Shown here: positions 44,834-57,342 of the stretch, in pieces | How positions within the stretch are numbered: position 1 is the stretch's first letter | Layout: the number at the start of each line of letters is the position of its first letter | NCBI RefSeq assembly: GCF_009914755.1 | Contig: NC_060931.1 | DNA length: 64,000 nucleotides | Source: the human T2T-CHM13v2.0 reference genome, Homo sapiens | Direction: 5' to 3' (one strand) | Notes under the pieces: model-generated | Seen by the model: only the letters and a program-made list of their open reading frames with translations | Told to the model about the DNA's origin: nothing | The model's database searches: none | Translations under genes and position numbers: made by a program

Positions 44834-45302
44834 TGTTAGATATGAGTTCTAAATTTCTCTTCAAAGATTCAATATGTCCGTATGTTCAATTCTTTGCCTT
44901 CTACTTTTAAACTTCCTCATAAAACAACCTTTTTGATCACCTGCTCCACCCTGACTCATTCCGATTACCTGCTCCACCCTGACTCATTGCGATTTCCTAC
45001 TCTGCCATAATCATTTTTCCCTCCAAACCATTACCCCATCTCTCTCTTTAAATTAGCCAGTCGGAATTAGTTTAGCCTGTGCTGCCTAACCCTAGCCAAT
45101 AGGGGAACTACACAGCAGCAGGGGCCACCTGCGTCAGGAATAAGAACCCCTTCCCCTTCCTTGTCCAGGTGTGCGCTCACCATTGCTCCGTCGGTGAGAG
45201 TGCACCTTTCTATAGAAGTAAATTGCCCTTCTGAGAAGAAAAAAAGAATATTTTATATTTGAGTGCTATTTCTTTTGTGGCACCGAAGCTTTATTTATAA
45301 CA
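44834..45302 (+). mobile_element. LTR10 (LTR10F/A-like, ERV1) solo LTR
   Basis: TGTTAGATATGAGTTCTAAATTTC…TTTATTTATAACA. Internal 28-bp repeat containing TGACTCA. Flanks GCAC/GGAC. Confidence 0.85.
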
Positions 45303-45936
45303 GGACTAAAAAGAATACAGCTGAGACTTTATTTAGATCAAGATATATTGTATGAACAGTTCTTTTTTACTTGCTTGCAATTTCATATTTATTTAATAAA
45401 TGTCTATATAAATGTGTCATAATCTGGTCTGAGATATGCTTTTATTACAATTTGGTAATGAGGTTACGGGGAAGTGGCTGACACCCGCCTTAACATTCTT
45501 TTGAGACCGACAAGAATAACTTGAGAGTGTGCTCAACCAATTTTGTCAGCTCACAAAAACTAGGTATTCAATGGTCACCTTTATTTTCATGTTGCTTTGC
45601 TCCTTCTTATATGTGTAGGTATTCCACTCTAAAATGAATCGATTATGAAATGACTTACCTTATAAAAACAGGGTTAACCTTATAGTTACTCTGGTTTTCC
45701 AGGGAACAATGGCAATTAGGCATTTATCAATGGGATGAACCCAAACATGCAAAAGACTTAGTTCAACAAAAGAGACAAAGGCTTTTCAGCAATTTAAGAG
45801 TATTAAAACAATAGAAAATACTTTGACTATGAGATATCAAAATTAAACTTTGAGGTCTTCTTGTTTCCTTTTATTTGGGATGTATGACTATTATTAGTTT
45901 GGTTTCATAGGTGAACTGGGCTATACCATCATATGG

Positions 45937-45955
45937 CAAACACTAGGTGGCGCTG
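45937..45955 (+). promoter_or_regulatory. Candidate CTCF site
   Basis: CAAACACTAGGTGGCGCTG against core CCAC(C/T)AG(G/A)(G/T)GGCGC, one core mismatch. Confidence 0.65.
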
Positions 45956-48216
45956 AAGGACTGTAATAATTGACCACAATTAGAGCCCTTTACAAATCAC
46001 ATCATTGTTGGAATCAAGAAGAGTGTGAATTTTTACATTAAAAATGATGCATATGATCAGATTTCTTTCTCTTCTGACTATGGCTTTGCTTAGTAAAAAT
46101 CCAAGTGCAGTTTTGTCATGAGTGAAATAGAATTTATGCAGTGCTTACTAGGCAATAACTTTTCAAAACAAATTACACTGGGGAAACAACATCCTTTTGT
46201 TTGGGAGCTCCTATTTTCAAATTTTGTTGCTCCTCCAAGTCATGGTCTTAGTCTGGTTAACAGTCATCAACTCATTGTAAAGCATCCACAGGAAAATATA
46301 CTTGATAGTCACCTCCCTAGTGACTGACAATTTCCCATTTTGTGCAGGTTTTTTATTTTTTTAAATTTTTTATCTTAAAGAGTTACTGTAAATCTTGGAG
46401 CATAGTAGAGCATATGAAAGGTGAAGGCTGTTTCTTCACCCTCCATTTGCTCACATTGTAAAAAAGAATGAAAAATGCCTGCTGCAGAAGCTCATATTTT
46501 TCACGTCTCATCTTTACTCCTCAATGAGAAAACTCATTTTGTAATCGTTTCATCGAGGGCTATTTTTGTTCATTTTCATTGAAGGGTATCTACTTCCCAG
46601 AACCTAATTAAGGTTTGGCAAAAGAGAGGATAGTATGCAAGGTTAATTAATTACATTTTTATTCTTTTTTTAGAAATGATAAAAGAAAGCATATACCTAG
46701 TTTTTCAATCAGCTTATTTGTTATATTCCTCTGCAATATATGGAGAGTTTCTGTCTCATTCATTAATTCTGAAACCTAAGACACAAGATAGAAGTAGTGA
46801 ACCTGGGACTTAACATATAGAAATATATAGTCTTAAGATACAAAGTCTAAAGTATCTTAATATCTTACTCAATAGGAAGATCATTCCTACAAAATTAACA
46901 TGAGTCTAATATAATTCATTTTATTTTGAATTATAGAAGCTTTTAAAATCCAAAACCTCTACATTATAGATTCACAATTCACCATCAAAATAACCAAAAA
47001 GCATTTAGTGTTATATAATAAAATAAAAAATTTATTCACTAATATATGGTTAAATTTAAGTTAAATTATCCCAACTTTATATTCCTTTATCAAAGATAAT
47101 TATAAAAAATAGCACTTTGGTTTTGTACATAATTTCTCTGAAAATCTCAACACAACTTCAAGTTTTAGGACAGATGACTTTAGGGTATAAGCTATACACT
47201 GAGGGCACTTGGGATGCTGAGTGGCTGTCTTAACTAGAGAATATATTTCCTTTATAGCATCATATGTTGCCATATAACTCTTATTTCTTAGGTTTTTTTC
47301 CTTAGAGCCCATGAACAAAAATAAAGCAAATGAGATTGTCAGATTTGTTTTGTTAATCTTGAAGGATTCAATCATGTTGGGGTACCTGCTAGTTAATTAT
47401 TCGCTCAGATCTCGAATGGAATGGTATCTCAATGATCTAAGATGGTTAAGAAAGCTTTCAAAATTCACAAGAGTTTCCACACTAAGGAAGTAAGTAGAAC
47501 ATCTTTTAAAATATATCTAAGGTATGGAGTTCAAATAGGCTCAAGAAAACATTTGATTAATAAACCATTCTTTGTTTTGTGTTCTTAAGATCAGAAATCT
47601 AAGAGAATGAACATGTGGCAGAAAGATGTTCACTCCAAAGAGAAAATGTATTCCCAGAGTACATTTCTAGCTTGCATACCATTACCGTTTGAGTCAGTGG
47701 TAGTCTGACAAAGCTTTGTAGAGGTACAGAACCAAAAGGAAAGAAAGTTGTTAAAGAACTATGTACTTTGCTGTGCTGTTATTTTTTTAAGTAAAGTAAT
47801 CAAAACAGTTGTGAGACTATAAGTTTGTTATTAAGGAGGAAAAGAATATAATAGTAGAATTACAATTTCACTGGAAAACAGATTCAGCAAAATCTCATCA
47901 ATTCTAAATGAACATGATTTGAAAACAATTTTGAGTTAGGATTCCAGTGGTTTTACTTATGTATTTATTTCCAGCAAGCAACCATGGTGGAAAGAGAAAA
48001 TAACTGGATTTCAGTAGTTTTGGAATTGGATTCTGAATCTAGAACTGAATTAGGAAGTTTGGGTTCCAGTGTCCTGGAAAAACTTTGGGAAGGTTAACCT
48101 TTTTAAAACTATTTTATCATCTGTTAAATGTATGCTACCTACACCTGACAGCTGTCGTGTAGATTAAACGGGGTAATGTATGCTCTATCAGATAACTGTA
48201 AAACGTAAAAGCCATT

Positions 48217-48274
48217 TCCATCCATCCATCCATCCATCCATCCATCCATCCACCCACCCATCCATCCAACCATC
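48217..48274. repeat. (CCAT)n microsatellite, imperfect
   Basis: Read directly. Confidence 0.9.
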
Positions 48275-48911
48275 ATTTATTTATTCATTCTATCATGTAT
48301 TAATCCTTAATTAAAAGCCTTTACCTGTAGTAATACTTTATTTCTCATTTTATTTTTCATTGATACTGAAAGTGCTAGTTAATGAATAGGAGAAACAGAA
48401 AGCCAAAAATGCTAAGCTTGGTCTAGGATGTTTTTTAAAGTGGAACAAATATAAAAGTAGAATTATGGAGTGCAATAGACAGCACAGGAAATACCTCATG
48501 AGGTTGACATAGATATGATACCTAAAATCTGGGGTAGCTATATATTAAAGCAAAAAGCATCCAAATATGGGACCAGAGCTATTCCTTGGTTAGTTTCTAA
48601 GAGGACAAAAGCCCTTGGATTGAATGAGGAATTTCCAAAAGATAAAATCATAATTAAAATAATATGTGAAAATGAGCAGCTTTTTTTCAGTAAAGTCAAC
48701 AAAATATCCTGACTAAAGCAGAGGGCTGTGTAAGAAAATACTAAAAGACAAATTTTGGGTAGGGCCATTTTATGAAGGTCCTTAAATGTCAAATTGAAGA
48801 ACAGAAATTTAATCTACAAGTTGCTTGAAGTAGTTAAAATCTAGGAAAAGGGACAGAGAAAAACATCGGAAAAATATTTATTTGGTTTGTCATGTATTTT
48901 TGGATACTCAT

Positions 48912-49296
48912 TGATATGGTTTGGATTTGTGTCCCCGCCAACATCTCATGTCCAAATTGTAATCTCCAATATTGGAGGAGGGGCCTGGTGGGAGGCGATT
49001 GGATCATGGGGGCAGACTTTCTCCTTGCTGTTTTAGTGATAGTGAGTCAGTTATCACAAGACCTGGTTGTTCAAAAGTGTGTAGCACCTCCCTGTTGTCT
49101 CTCTTCCTCCTTCTCCGGCCATGTAAGACATGCCTGCTTCCCCTTCCCTTTCCACCATGATTGTAAGTTTCCTGAGGCCTCCCCAGCTGTGCTTCTTGCA
49201 AAGCCTGTGGAACCGTGAGTCAGTTAAAATTCTTTTCTTTATAAATTACCCAGTCTCAGATAGTTCTTTATAGCAATGTGAGAACAGACTAATACA
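48912..49296 (+). mobile_element. MSTA-like solo LTR
   Basis: TGATATGGTTTGGATTTGTGTCCCC…ACAGACTAATACA, perfect TSD CTCAT. Confidence 0.93.
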
Positions 49297-49544
49297 CTCA
49301 TTATGGGCACAGAATTGTGCAAAGCACTGAGGGGAGTGTTGCAGATGTGAAAGGAGATACTGATTCTTTCCAATAAGAGCTTCCAAATTAGCTGGAAAGA
49401 AGATATAAACACAACTGAAAACTAAGTGTCACTGAGGGTGATCATAAAAATGTGCAAGTAAGCAGATTAGTCCTAGATGGTATAGAGACTGAGGGAGAAG
49501 AAAATTAAGTAGGATAAAAGTAACGTCCTGAAAGATGATCCATA

Positions 49545-50945
49545 TTCACTGTCTGTACAACTCTTTCCTTACATTTTTCTCTTGAATCCCCTCCATTCTA
49601 GCTCTCCCTTTATTTACTCACTGAAACTGCTCTTGTCATGGTCAGCAAAGACTTCCATATGTTTTAATTAAATGGTCATTTTTAAAAATCTTACTTGACT
49701 TATCAAAGCATTTGATTCCATTGCTAACTCCTCTTTTTTGGTCTCTGCCTGCATCAGTGTGTGCTCATTCTCAGTCTCTTTTTCTGGGTCCTCCTCACTC
49801 CTCCACACCGACTGTTTAACATTTAAGTGCTCCAGGACTCTTTTCTCCTTTTTCTATATTGATTTCCTTGATGATCTCATGTCTTTAAATACCATCTATA
49901 TGCTGATAATACCCAAATTTATGTTTCCAGCACCGACATTTACCCTGAATCCTAACTCATAATACTCAATAGCTCCGCATGGACGTCCAATGTACATCTC
50001 AAACTTAACATGCCTCAAACTGAGCTATCGATCTCTCCTCTTCCTCTGTCTACCTTTTTCTTCCACAGTCTTCCTCAAATTAATGGTGACTTCCATTCTC
50101 TCAAGTGTTCAGGGGAAAAACCTTGGAGACAACAGTGTCTTTCACATTCCATATTCAATCCATCAGCAAATTATGTCATCTCTCCCTTCAAAATATATCC
50201 AGAATTGGTTCATTTCTCACAACCTCTGCTGCAATCCATGTCATGAAGTCACCATTGCTTCTTGTTTGGACTATTACGGTAACCTCCTAACTGCTGCTCT
50301 TGCCCTGCTTCAGACTGTTGTTGACACAGGATGTACAATACTGTGGTTAAAATGTGAGTCAGGACATGCTTCTCTGCTTGGTGTAAAGCTATCCTGCAAG
50401 GACTTGTGAAGCGGAGTCCTTCCAGTGCCCTTCAGATGCTGCTCAGTCTGTCACCTCTGATATCAGCTCTTTGCCACTTCTTCCTAGCTCACCAGGAATG
50501 TGTCTGTTCTTCCCCAGACAAATTGGCATTCTTGCTGTCCCTCTAATGCCCAGTGTGTACTCTTGCCTCAGCATTTTTCACTTGATCTTCCCTCTACTTA
50601 AAAAGCTTTTGCTCCAAATATCCACATGGTCTACTTCCTCACCTCCTTCCATCTTTATTCAGTTTTCACTATCCTCAACCACTCCACTTAAAATTGCTTC
50701 TGCATTTTACTCCTGCCATTCTCTCTCTCTTCCCTTCTTTATTTTCTCCATAGAACTTATTGCCATCTAACTTAACCACATATTTTATCTTACATTACAA
50801 TTTGTTTGTCAGTCTTTATGCACTAGAATATACACTCTCTGAGGACTAGGATTTGTGTTTATTTGTTCAGTGATATATCCACAGTACCTAGAACCACTGC
50901 TCATTCAATAAATTTGTGTTGAATGGATGGATGGATGGATGGATG
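49545..50945 (+). mobile_element. L2 (L2a-like) 3' portion
   Basis: Pyrimidine-rich L2 body ending CATTCAATAAATTTGTGTTGAATG(GATG)n. Confidence 0.8.
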
Positions 50946-50957
50946 CGGGAAGCTTCA

Positions 50958-51376
<419 letters not shown>

Positions 51377-51555
51377 AAAGAACTTAAGACTTGAATCAAG
51401 CCTGATATTAATATGATTGGGGGCAATAGGGCAATAAAGTGAAGCAAATGTTCTTGAGTGCACTTGCTATTAAATCTTTTTAAAAAATATATTTTATTTT
51501 TAATTAACAAATAATAATTATATATATGTTTAGAGTACAACATGACTTTATGATA

Positions 51556-51862
51556 TAGTTGGCCCTCCATAGCCATGGGTTTTGCATCTGTGGATTCAAC
51601 CAAAACAGAATTGAAAATATTTGGAAAAAAATTAACAATACAACAATATAAAATAATACATAGTTTTATTGTAACAATACAACAATAAGAAATAATACAT
51701 TGTATTAGGTATTGTAAGTAGAGATGATTTGAAGTATGCAGGAAAATGTGCATGGGTTATACGCAAACACTATACCTTTTTAGATAAGCGACCTGAGCTC
51801 CCATGGACTCTGTGGAGAGGTGGTCCTAGAACTAATTCCCTGTGGATACCAAAGGACAATTG
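51556..51862. mobile_element. Tigger3-like MITE nested in an antisense L1 3' fragment (about 51480-51915)
   Basis: AGTTGGCCCTCCAT…GCATCTGTGGATTCAACC…GGATACCAAAGGACAATTG. Confidence 0.8.
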
Positions 51863-52034
51863 TGTATGTATACATCATGCAATGATTGAATCAAACTAAT
51901 TAATGTATCCATGTTATCAAATCTTGATGGGTGGGATAAACAGGAGACTTTGACAAACTTTAATGTCTGCCACAAGGGGTTCAAATGTCATTCTGTGAGA
52001 TGGAGTTTTAAAATTCCAATTTATCACCGTCTAG

Positions 52035-52228
52035 GATAAGGTTTCTCAAAGTGTATTCTTCTGACGACCTTCATCGGATCACCTGGATGCTTGCTAAAAT
52101 GCCTATTTTAAAGATCAAAGCCCAGACTAGTAAATCCTAATCTAAAGTAGGGCCTGATAATGTGCATTTTACTTCACCCTCCAGGTGGAAATTAAGCAAA
52201 CTAAGGTTTGGGAATTTCTGTCTTAGGG
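52035..52228. mobile_element. MER5-like hAT MITE
   Basis: GGTTTCTCAAAGTG…ATCACCTGG…TGCATTTTA…AGGTTTGGGAA. Confidence 0.7.
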
Positions 52229-54619
52229 TATCTTAGATAGTTTCTAGCTCTAGGTTTGCTTGGGGATGGGAGAGAGGAAAGGAGGTAAGGTGGGAAAGGC
52301 TGTAGGTAGGGATGTAAACATTTTACCCTAGATTCAACCAGAGAAGCTTTGAATTTCTCTATTTTACCTACCATGTTTTTGAGTGAGAATTCTCTTGAAT
52401 AAATAATTTCTTGGAAAAAATTAATGAATACATAAAAAGTAACCCTGTTCTAGACATGGGAAGATAAGAGGAGATTTTCTGTGTGTGTGCCGAGGAGTAA
52501 CAGGGCAAATATGTTGTGTAAGCAAAAATCTATGGGTAGTATAAGGAACTGATCCACCCATCAAGTAAACATCTATTGGGCATCTACTGTGCAGTAGGCA
52601 TCACACTAAGTGTTGGAGGTACAAAGATGGATAAGACCTTTGTACCACTACAGTCCTTACCACTATAGTGCTCATAGAAGTGAGATTAGTGAGAACTGGA
52701 AAACTAGTTGGGAACTGGAAAACCAGTTATAAGGTGTCTGTCCACATGTGAGATGATGAAGCCTCGTCCACGGTGCAAGGAGGTGGATGCAAGAGATATT
52801 CCGAAGGAAGGCTTGATGAGACAATGTGCCTGACTGGTCTATGAGATGAACACAAAAATAACCAGATTAATTCTGAGGTGTAAAGCTACATAGAAAGTTT
52901 GGGTGCCACAAATGAAGTCATGGGAGCTGTGAATAGGAAGATGTGTGTTGGGGGTGGGGGGTGGAGTATAGTATTGGGGGTATTGTCTAGTTTACCATTG
53001 AACATTTTGTATCAAAGAATGGCGGGCATTTGAGTGAAGATTCCGTCTGGCAGATAGAGATATTAGCCTGTAGTTTCAAACCAAAGGGGTGGGCTGGAGG
53101 GCAAATTGTTAGCCTGGGAGTGGTTAGTAGGAACAACCAGCACAGGAGACAAAAGGAAACTGTCATAGGTGTAGAAAAGAGACCTGGAAAGAGTGGTTTT
53201 ATTAAATAGTTACTGGTAAGGTTAATTCAATAGCCCAGGGCTCCAAGGCCTAGTGTTGTTTTTCTCCGGGGATGGCTAACTCCATTTCCCAGGTCCAGAG
53301 TTGGTGGTCGTTATGATAATGGTATGCACAGTGCTTTCTGTAACTCTTCTCCCTCTATCTCCTTTCCCTGTTTCATCTGGTCCTGAAGGTAGAGTGATAA
53401 GGTGAGGTCTGGTTGTAACAAACTGTTGGGTAAGATACTAATAAGTGGTGAAGCAACTGAACTGTGAGATAGGATTTGGGGTGTACCTGTGCAGAGTGAG
53501 CTAGAATTTGGGGACATTGGGGTCTTTTTGGTATCACCACATACTTGGCTCTGGACATGAGGGGGTTAATGAATCTGTCCTGAGTAACTCATTCAGCGCA
53601 AATTTTCCATTCAGTTTCTGATTCTGAGCAGTCTCTGAGGATGTTTGCGGTGAAGGAGCTTGTGCCTTCTGGCCAAAATTTCCCACTCTAGTACTGTTCC
53701 TTTTGCTCATTTCACTTGGCTGATGTTTGCCTGAAAACTTCCTCCAACTACGCACTCTCTGAGAACTTCCTAGATGAGGACTTGCTGCTGCAGAGGCTCT
53801 GATATGCTCTCCTGCTGTGGGGTACACGAGGCTGTTTTTCGGACACTGAGCTTTCTGAGCATGATTGAACATTCAGCTCAATCTAGTTCAAGGTAAGGCT
53901 GGGGGTGCAAAACTGAATGTTGCTGTCCAGTAGAGAAGGGACATGTATAAACAGCATGGTGCAAATAGTAAGAATACTTTTTAGTACACAAGTCCCTGAG
54001 AAAAGTGGAGAGGATGAGAGGTGATCTTTGAGCAGAGGTTGTAGGAAGATGAGGAGTTTACCTAGAGATTGAATTGAGAGGCGTCAAAGCAAAGGAAAGA
54101 AGGTGCAGAGGCTCCAAGTTGAGACATATGGTTGTGTGTTAGAAGCTGTAAGGATAGGTAACTGATGAATGTGAAGCATGTAGTTGAAGAGGGGCCAGAT
54201 GGAAGGAAAAAAAATGGAGTGGACAGAGGCCAGCTCACAGGGGGTCTCCTGTGCTGAGCTAGGGAGCTGGACTTGATTCTGTAAGCAGTGGAGAGTTTAT
54301 GAGGAGATTTAAACAAGTGTCTGATGTGGGAACATTTTGGTTTTAGCTCCATCATTCAGGTAACAGTGAGGAGGATATATTTATGGAGACAGAAGCTGAA
54401 ATGAGGGGAGATCAGTGAAAAGACTATTTCCACAGCCCAGATGACTAATGATATGAGCCTGGGTTATGAGCAGGAGCAGGAGCAGGAGCAGAGAAGAGAG
54501 GAGATAAGAGATAATTAGAAATAAAATTGAGATGTGTTGGTAATTTTATGTTTGATGTGGAGGACCAAAAAGAAGGCATAAGAAAATCTGGTACTTAAGT
54601 TTTCCAGTATGTTAGTGGG

Positions 54620-55150
54620 ATCAGTTAGTCAGCTTTGCCTGTGATAATGCTGCAAAACAACACCCAAATCTCAACAGTTAAAGAGTAAACATTTGTTTCT
54701 CACTTTTGGATCTGCAGAACTACAGGTCAGCTTGGTGGCTATGCTCCAGATCCAGATCAGGCTCTGGTCTTCATGTGCTTTCTCATTTTAGGTCTCAGGC
54801 TGAAGGACACAGCTTCTACATGGTGCATGCTGTTCTCCTGGTGGCTGAAGGAGCAAGTGGAAACATGCTATGCCTCTTAAAGACTCTGATTATGATGGAA
54901 AAGAACAAGTAAGTAAGACAGGAAAGAAAGAAAGAGAGAGAAAGGAAGGAAGGAAGGAAAGAAGGAAGGAAGGAAGAAAGAAAGAAAGAAAGAAAAAGAA
55001 AAGAAAATAAAAAAAGAAAAAAAAGAAAGGCTTTGCATATATGGGGAGGTATACTTCTCCATTTCACCATGAGATCTTTTGGCAAAGGGCATGAGCTTAG
55101 TCCCATTACAAGTGGAGAACTCCACAGTGTGTGACACCAACTAACAGGAT
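54620..55150 (-). mobile_element. Old MLT1 LTR within L2-like sequence, containing a purine tract at 54920-55030
   Basis: TCAGTTAGTCAGCTTTGCC…TAATGCTGCAAAACAACACCCAAATCTCAAC. Tract of (GAAA)/(GGAA) units. Confidence 0.6.
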
Positions 55151-56996
55151 ATATGTGTAATGTAATGACATAATTTCTTCTGTTTTAGGCATATTAATTT
55201 TAGGTTCCTCTAGCACATCTAAGTGGACATGATGGCAATTGAATATTCAGACAAAGAAAAACATCAGAAATGGACTTTATGAACTTGGTGGTCACTAGAT
55301 GTTAATATATAATAAAAACATGGAACTAGACAGGATTGTCTAGTAGGAGTGAAAAGAAAGTTATTGATGGAACCCTGAGGAGCACCAATGTTTAATGTAG
55401 GAAGATTAGCACACAGATAATCTGAAAAGGAATGGTTAGTGGGTTATTTAAAATACATGGAGAGAATAGTGGCACTGAAACTAAAATAGTGGAGACAGTT
55501 ACTAGAGAGAGGGGTATACATTAACGATCCAGTGATTCTCAGATTTTCAAGTCAGCCTTCGTGGAGATGAGTGTGAATGAGATCTTCTCATCTAACCCGG
55601 GAAGTTTATTTTTAAAACTAAATTGCTGATTGATGCTCATGGACTCACTAGGGATACAGTGGAATGATATAAATAAAACACAGGGTATGGTTCCTGGCAT
55701 TTGCCTGGCACTTGGTAATTGGTAGCCATTACCCTGTTGAAAGCTATGGAGCTTTGAGAAATTACCATCTACTTAATACAAAATTTCATGTTAGACTATT
55801 TTGCTTTGAACTTTATCAAAAGCATTTTATTATTGAAACTAAAAGAAGCAGAAAAATGTAATATTATGTGATTTTTATAGCATGACCCCTGAAGTTAATT
55901 ATGGTGAAATTGTAATATAGTTGTTTTCATTAATTTGATATTAAAAAGGGAGATTGAAAGATTTGTTGCATCCCTGTGATATCTCCTATTTAAAAGGTGT
56001 CTAATCCAAAACACTGTTATCACTATGACACTATGATATTTGGGTTGAAGCAGTTCTTTGTTCCCTGCCTGTATAAGTCATCTTGTTTTAGAGTGATGTA
56101 TTCATATTGTCAAATCAGGATAAAAGCTGGACAAACATGTATGTTTCAAAATATCTAGGTACTTTAGATTATGGAGATGAACTATGCATTTACAGACTCA
56201 TTTTCAGCTTCTGATAACCAAAGAGCTTGTAGCCTTTGTCCTTAACAATTTCTTCCATCCCTGCGTGGTTGAGAGTCCCAGTGTTCTTTCTGGCTGAAAG
56301 CAGATACTGTATTTTGCTTTGTTAACAGAACATTGGTTATCAAGTTCTCTGTCTCTAATGATTCTGTTTTAGGGAACTGTCAATTAATAATCTCTGGAGG
56401 AATCATCATAAAGAATTTCTGTAATGAGATTATAATGCAAAGGTTTGTTTAGTCACAATATTTTTTAAAATTTTAATTATGATTTTCGGGCGATGACCCC
56501 AATCTTTCCATCTTTTACATTCAACTGCCTTTTAAATGCTGGCTTCCTTCAATTTCTCTTATTATGTTCATCCTCTTTTTAAAGTTTTTGAGCATAACTA
56601 AAACTACCCTACCTTTGAGAACCCTCTGTCTTCACCTAGTAGAATAAATGAAATGTGGATACAAAGGCTGAGCATATAAATTACCTTTAAAAAAGAAAAT
56701 GCCTTCTACATAAAGCTTTTTGATTCCCTTTAGTTTTTTTTTATTCTAGAGCTTGACGGCTATTTTTCCTCTCTAGTCCAGTGACCTTGTTATTAAAGCA
56801 TTATTGTAAAGGTAATTTAGCACACATGCCTCATAGTTATTAACCGAGTTCTACCACATTCAAATACCAAATATTCCAGGCTGGTAAAAATCACTATGCA
56901 AATAATCCTTCCTTCCACTAGCAAAATATGTTGGGGGAGTGGAGAGGCCAGGGGCTTTTTTAGTAGTCCTGAGTGACATTTAAGAATTCTGCTAAA

Positions 56997-57342
<346 letters not shown>

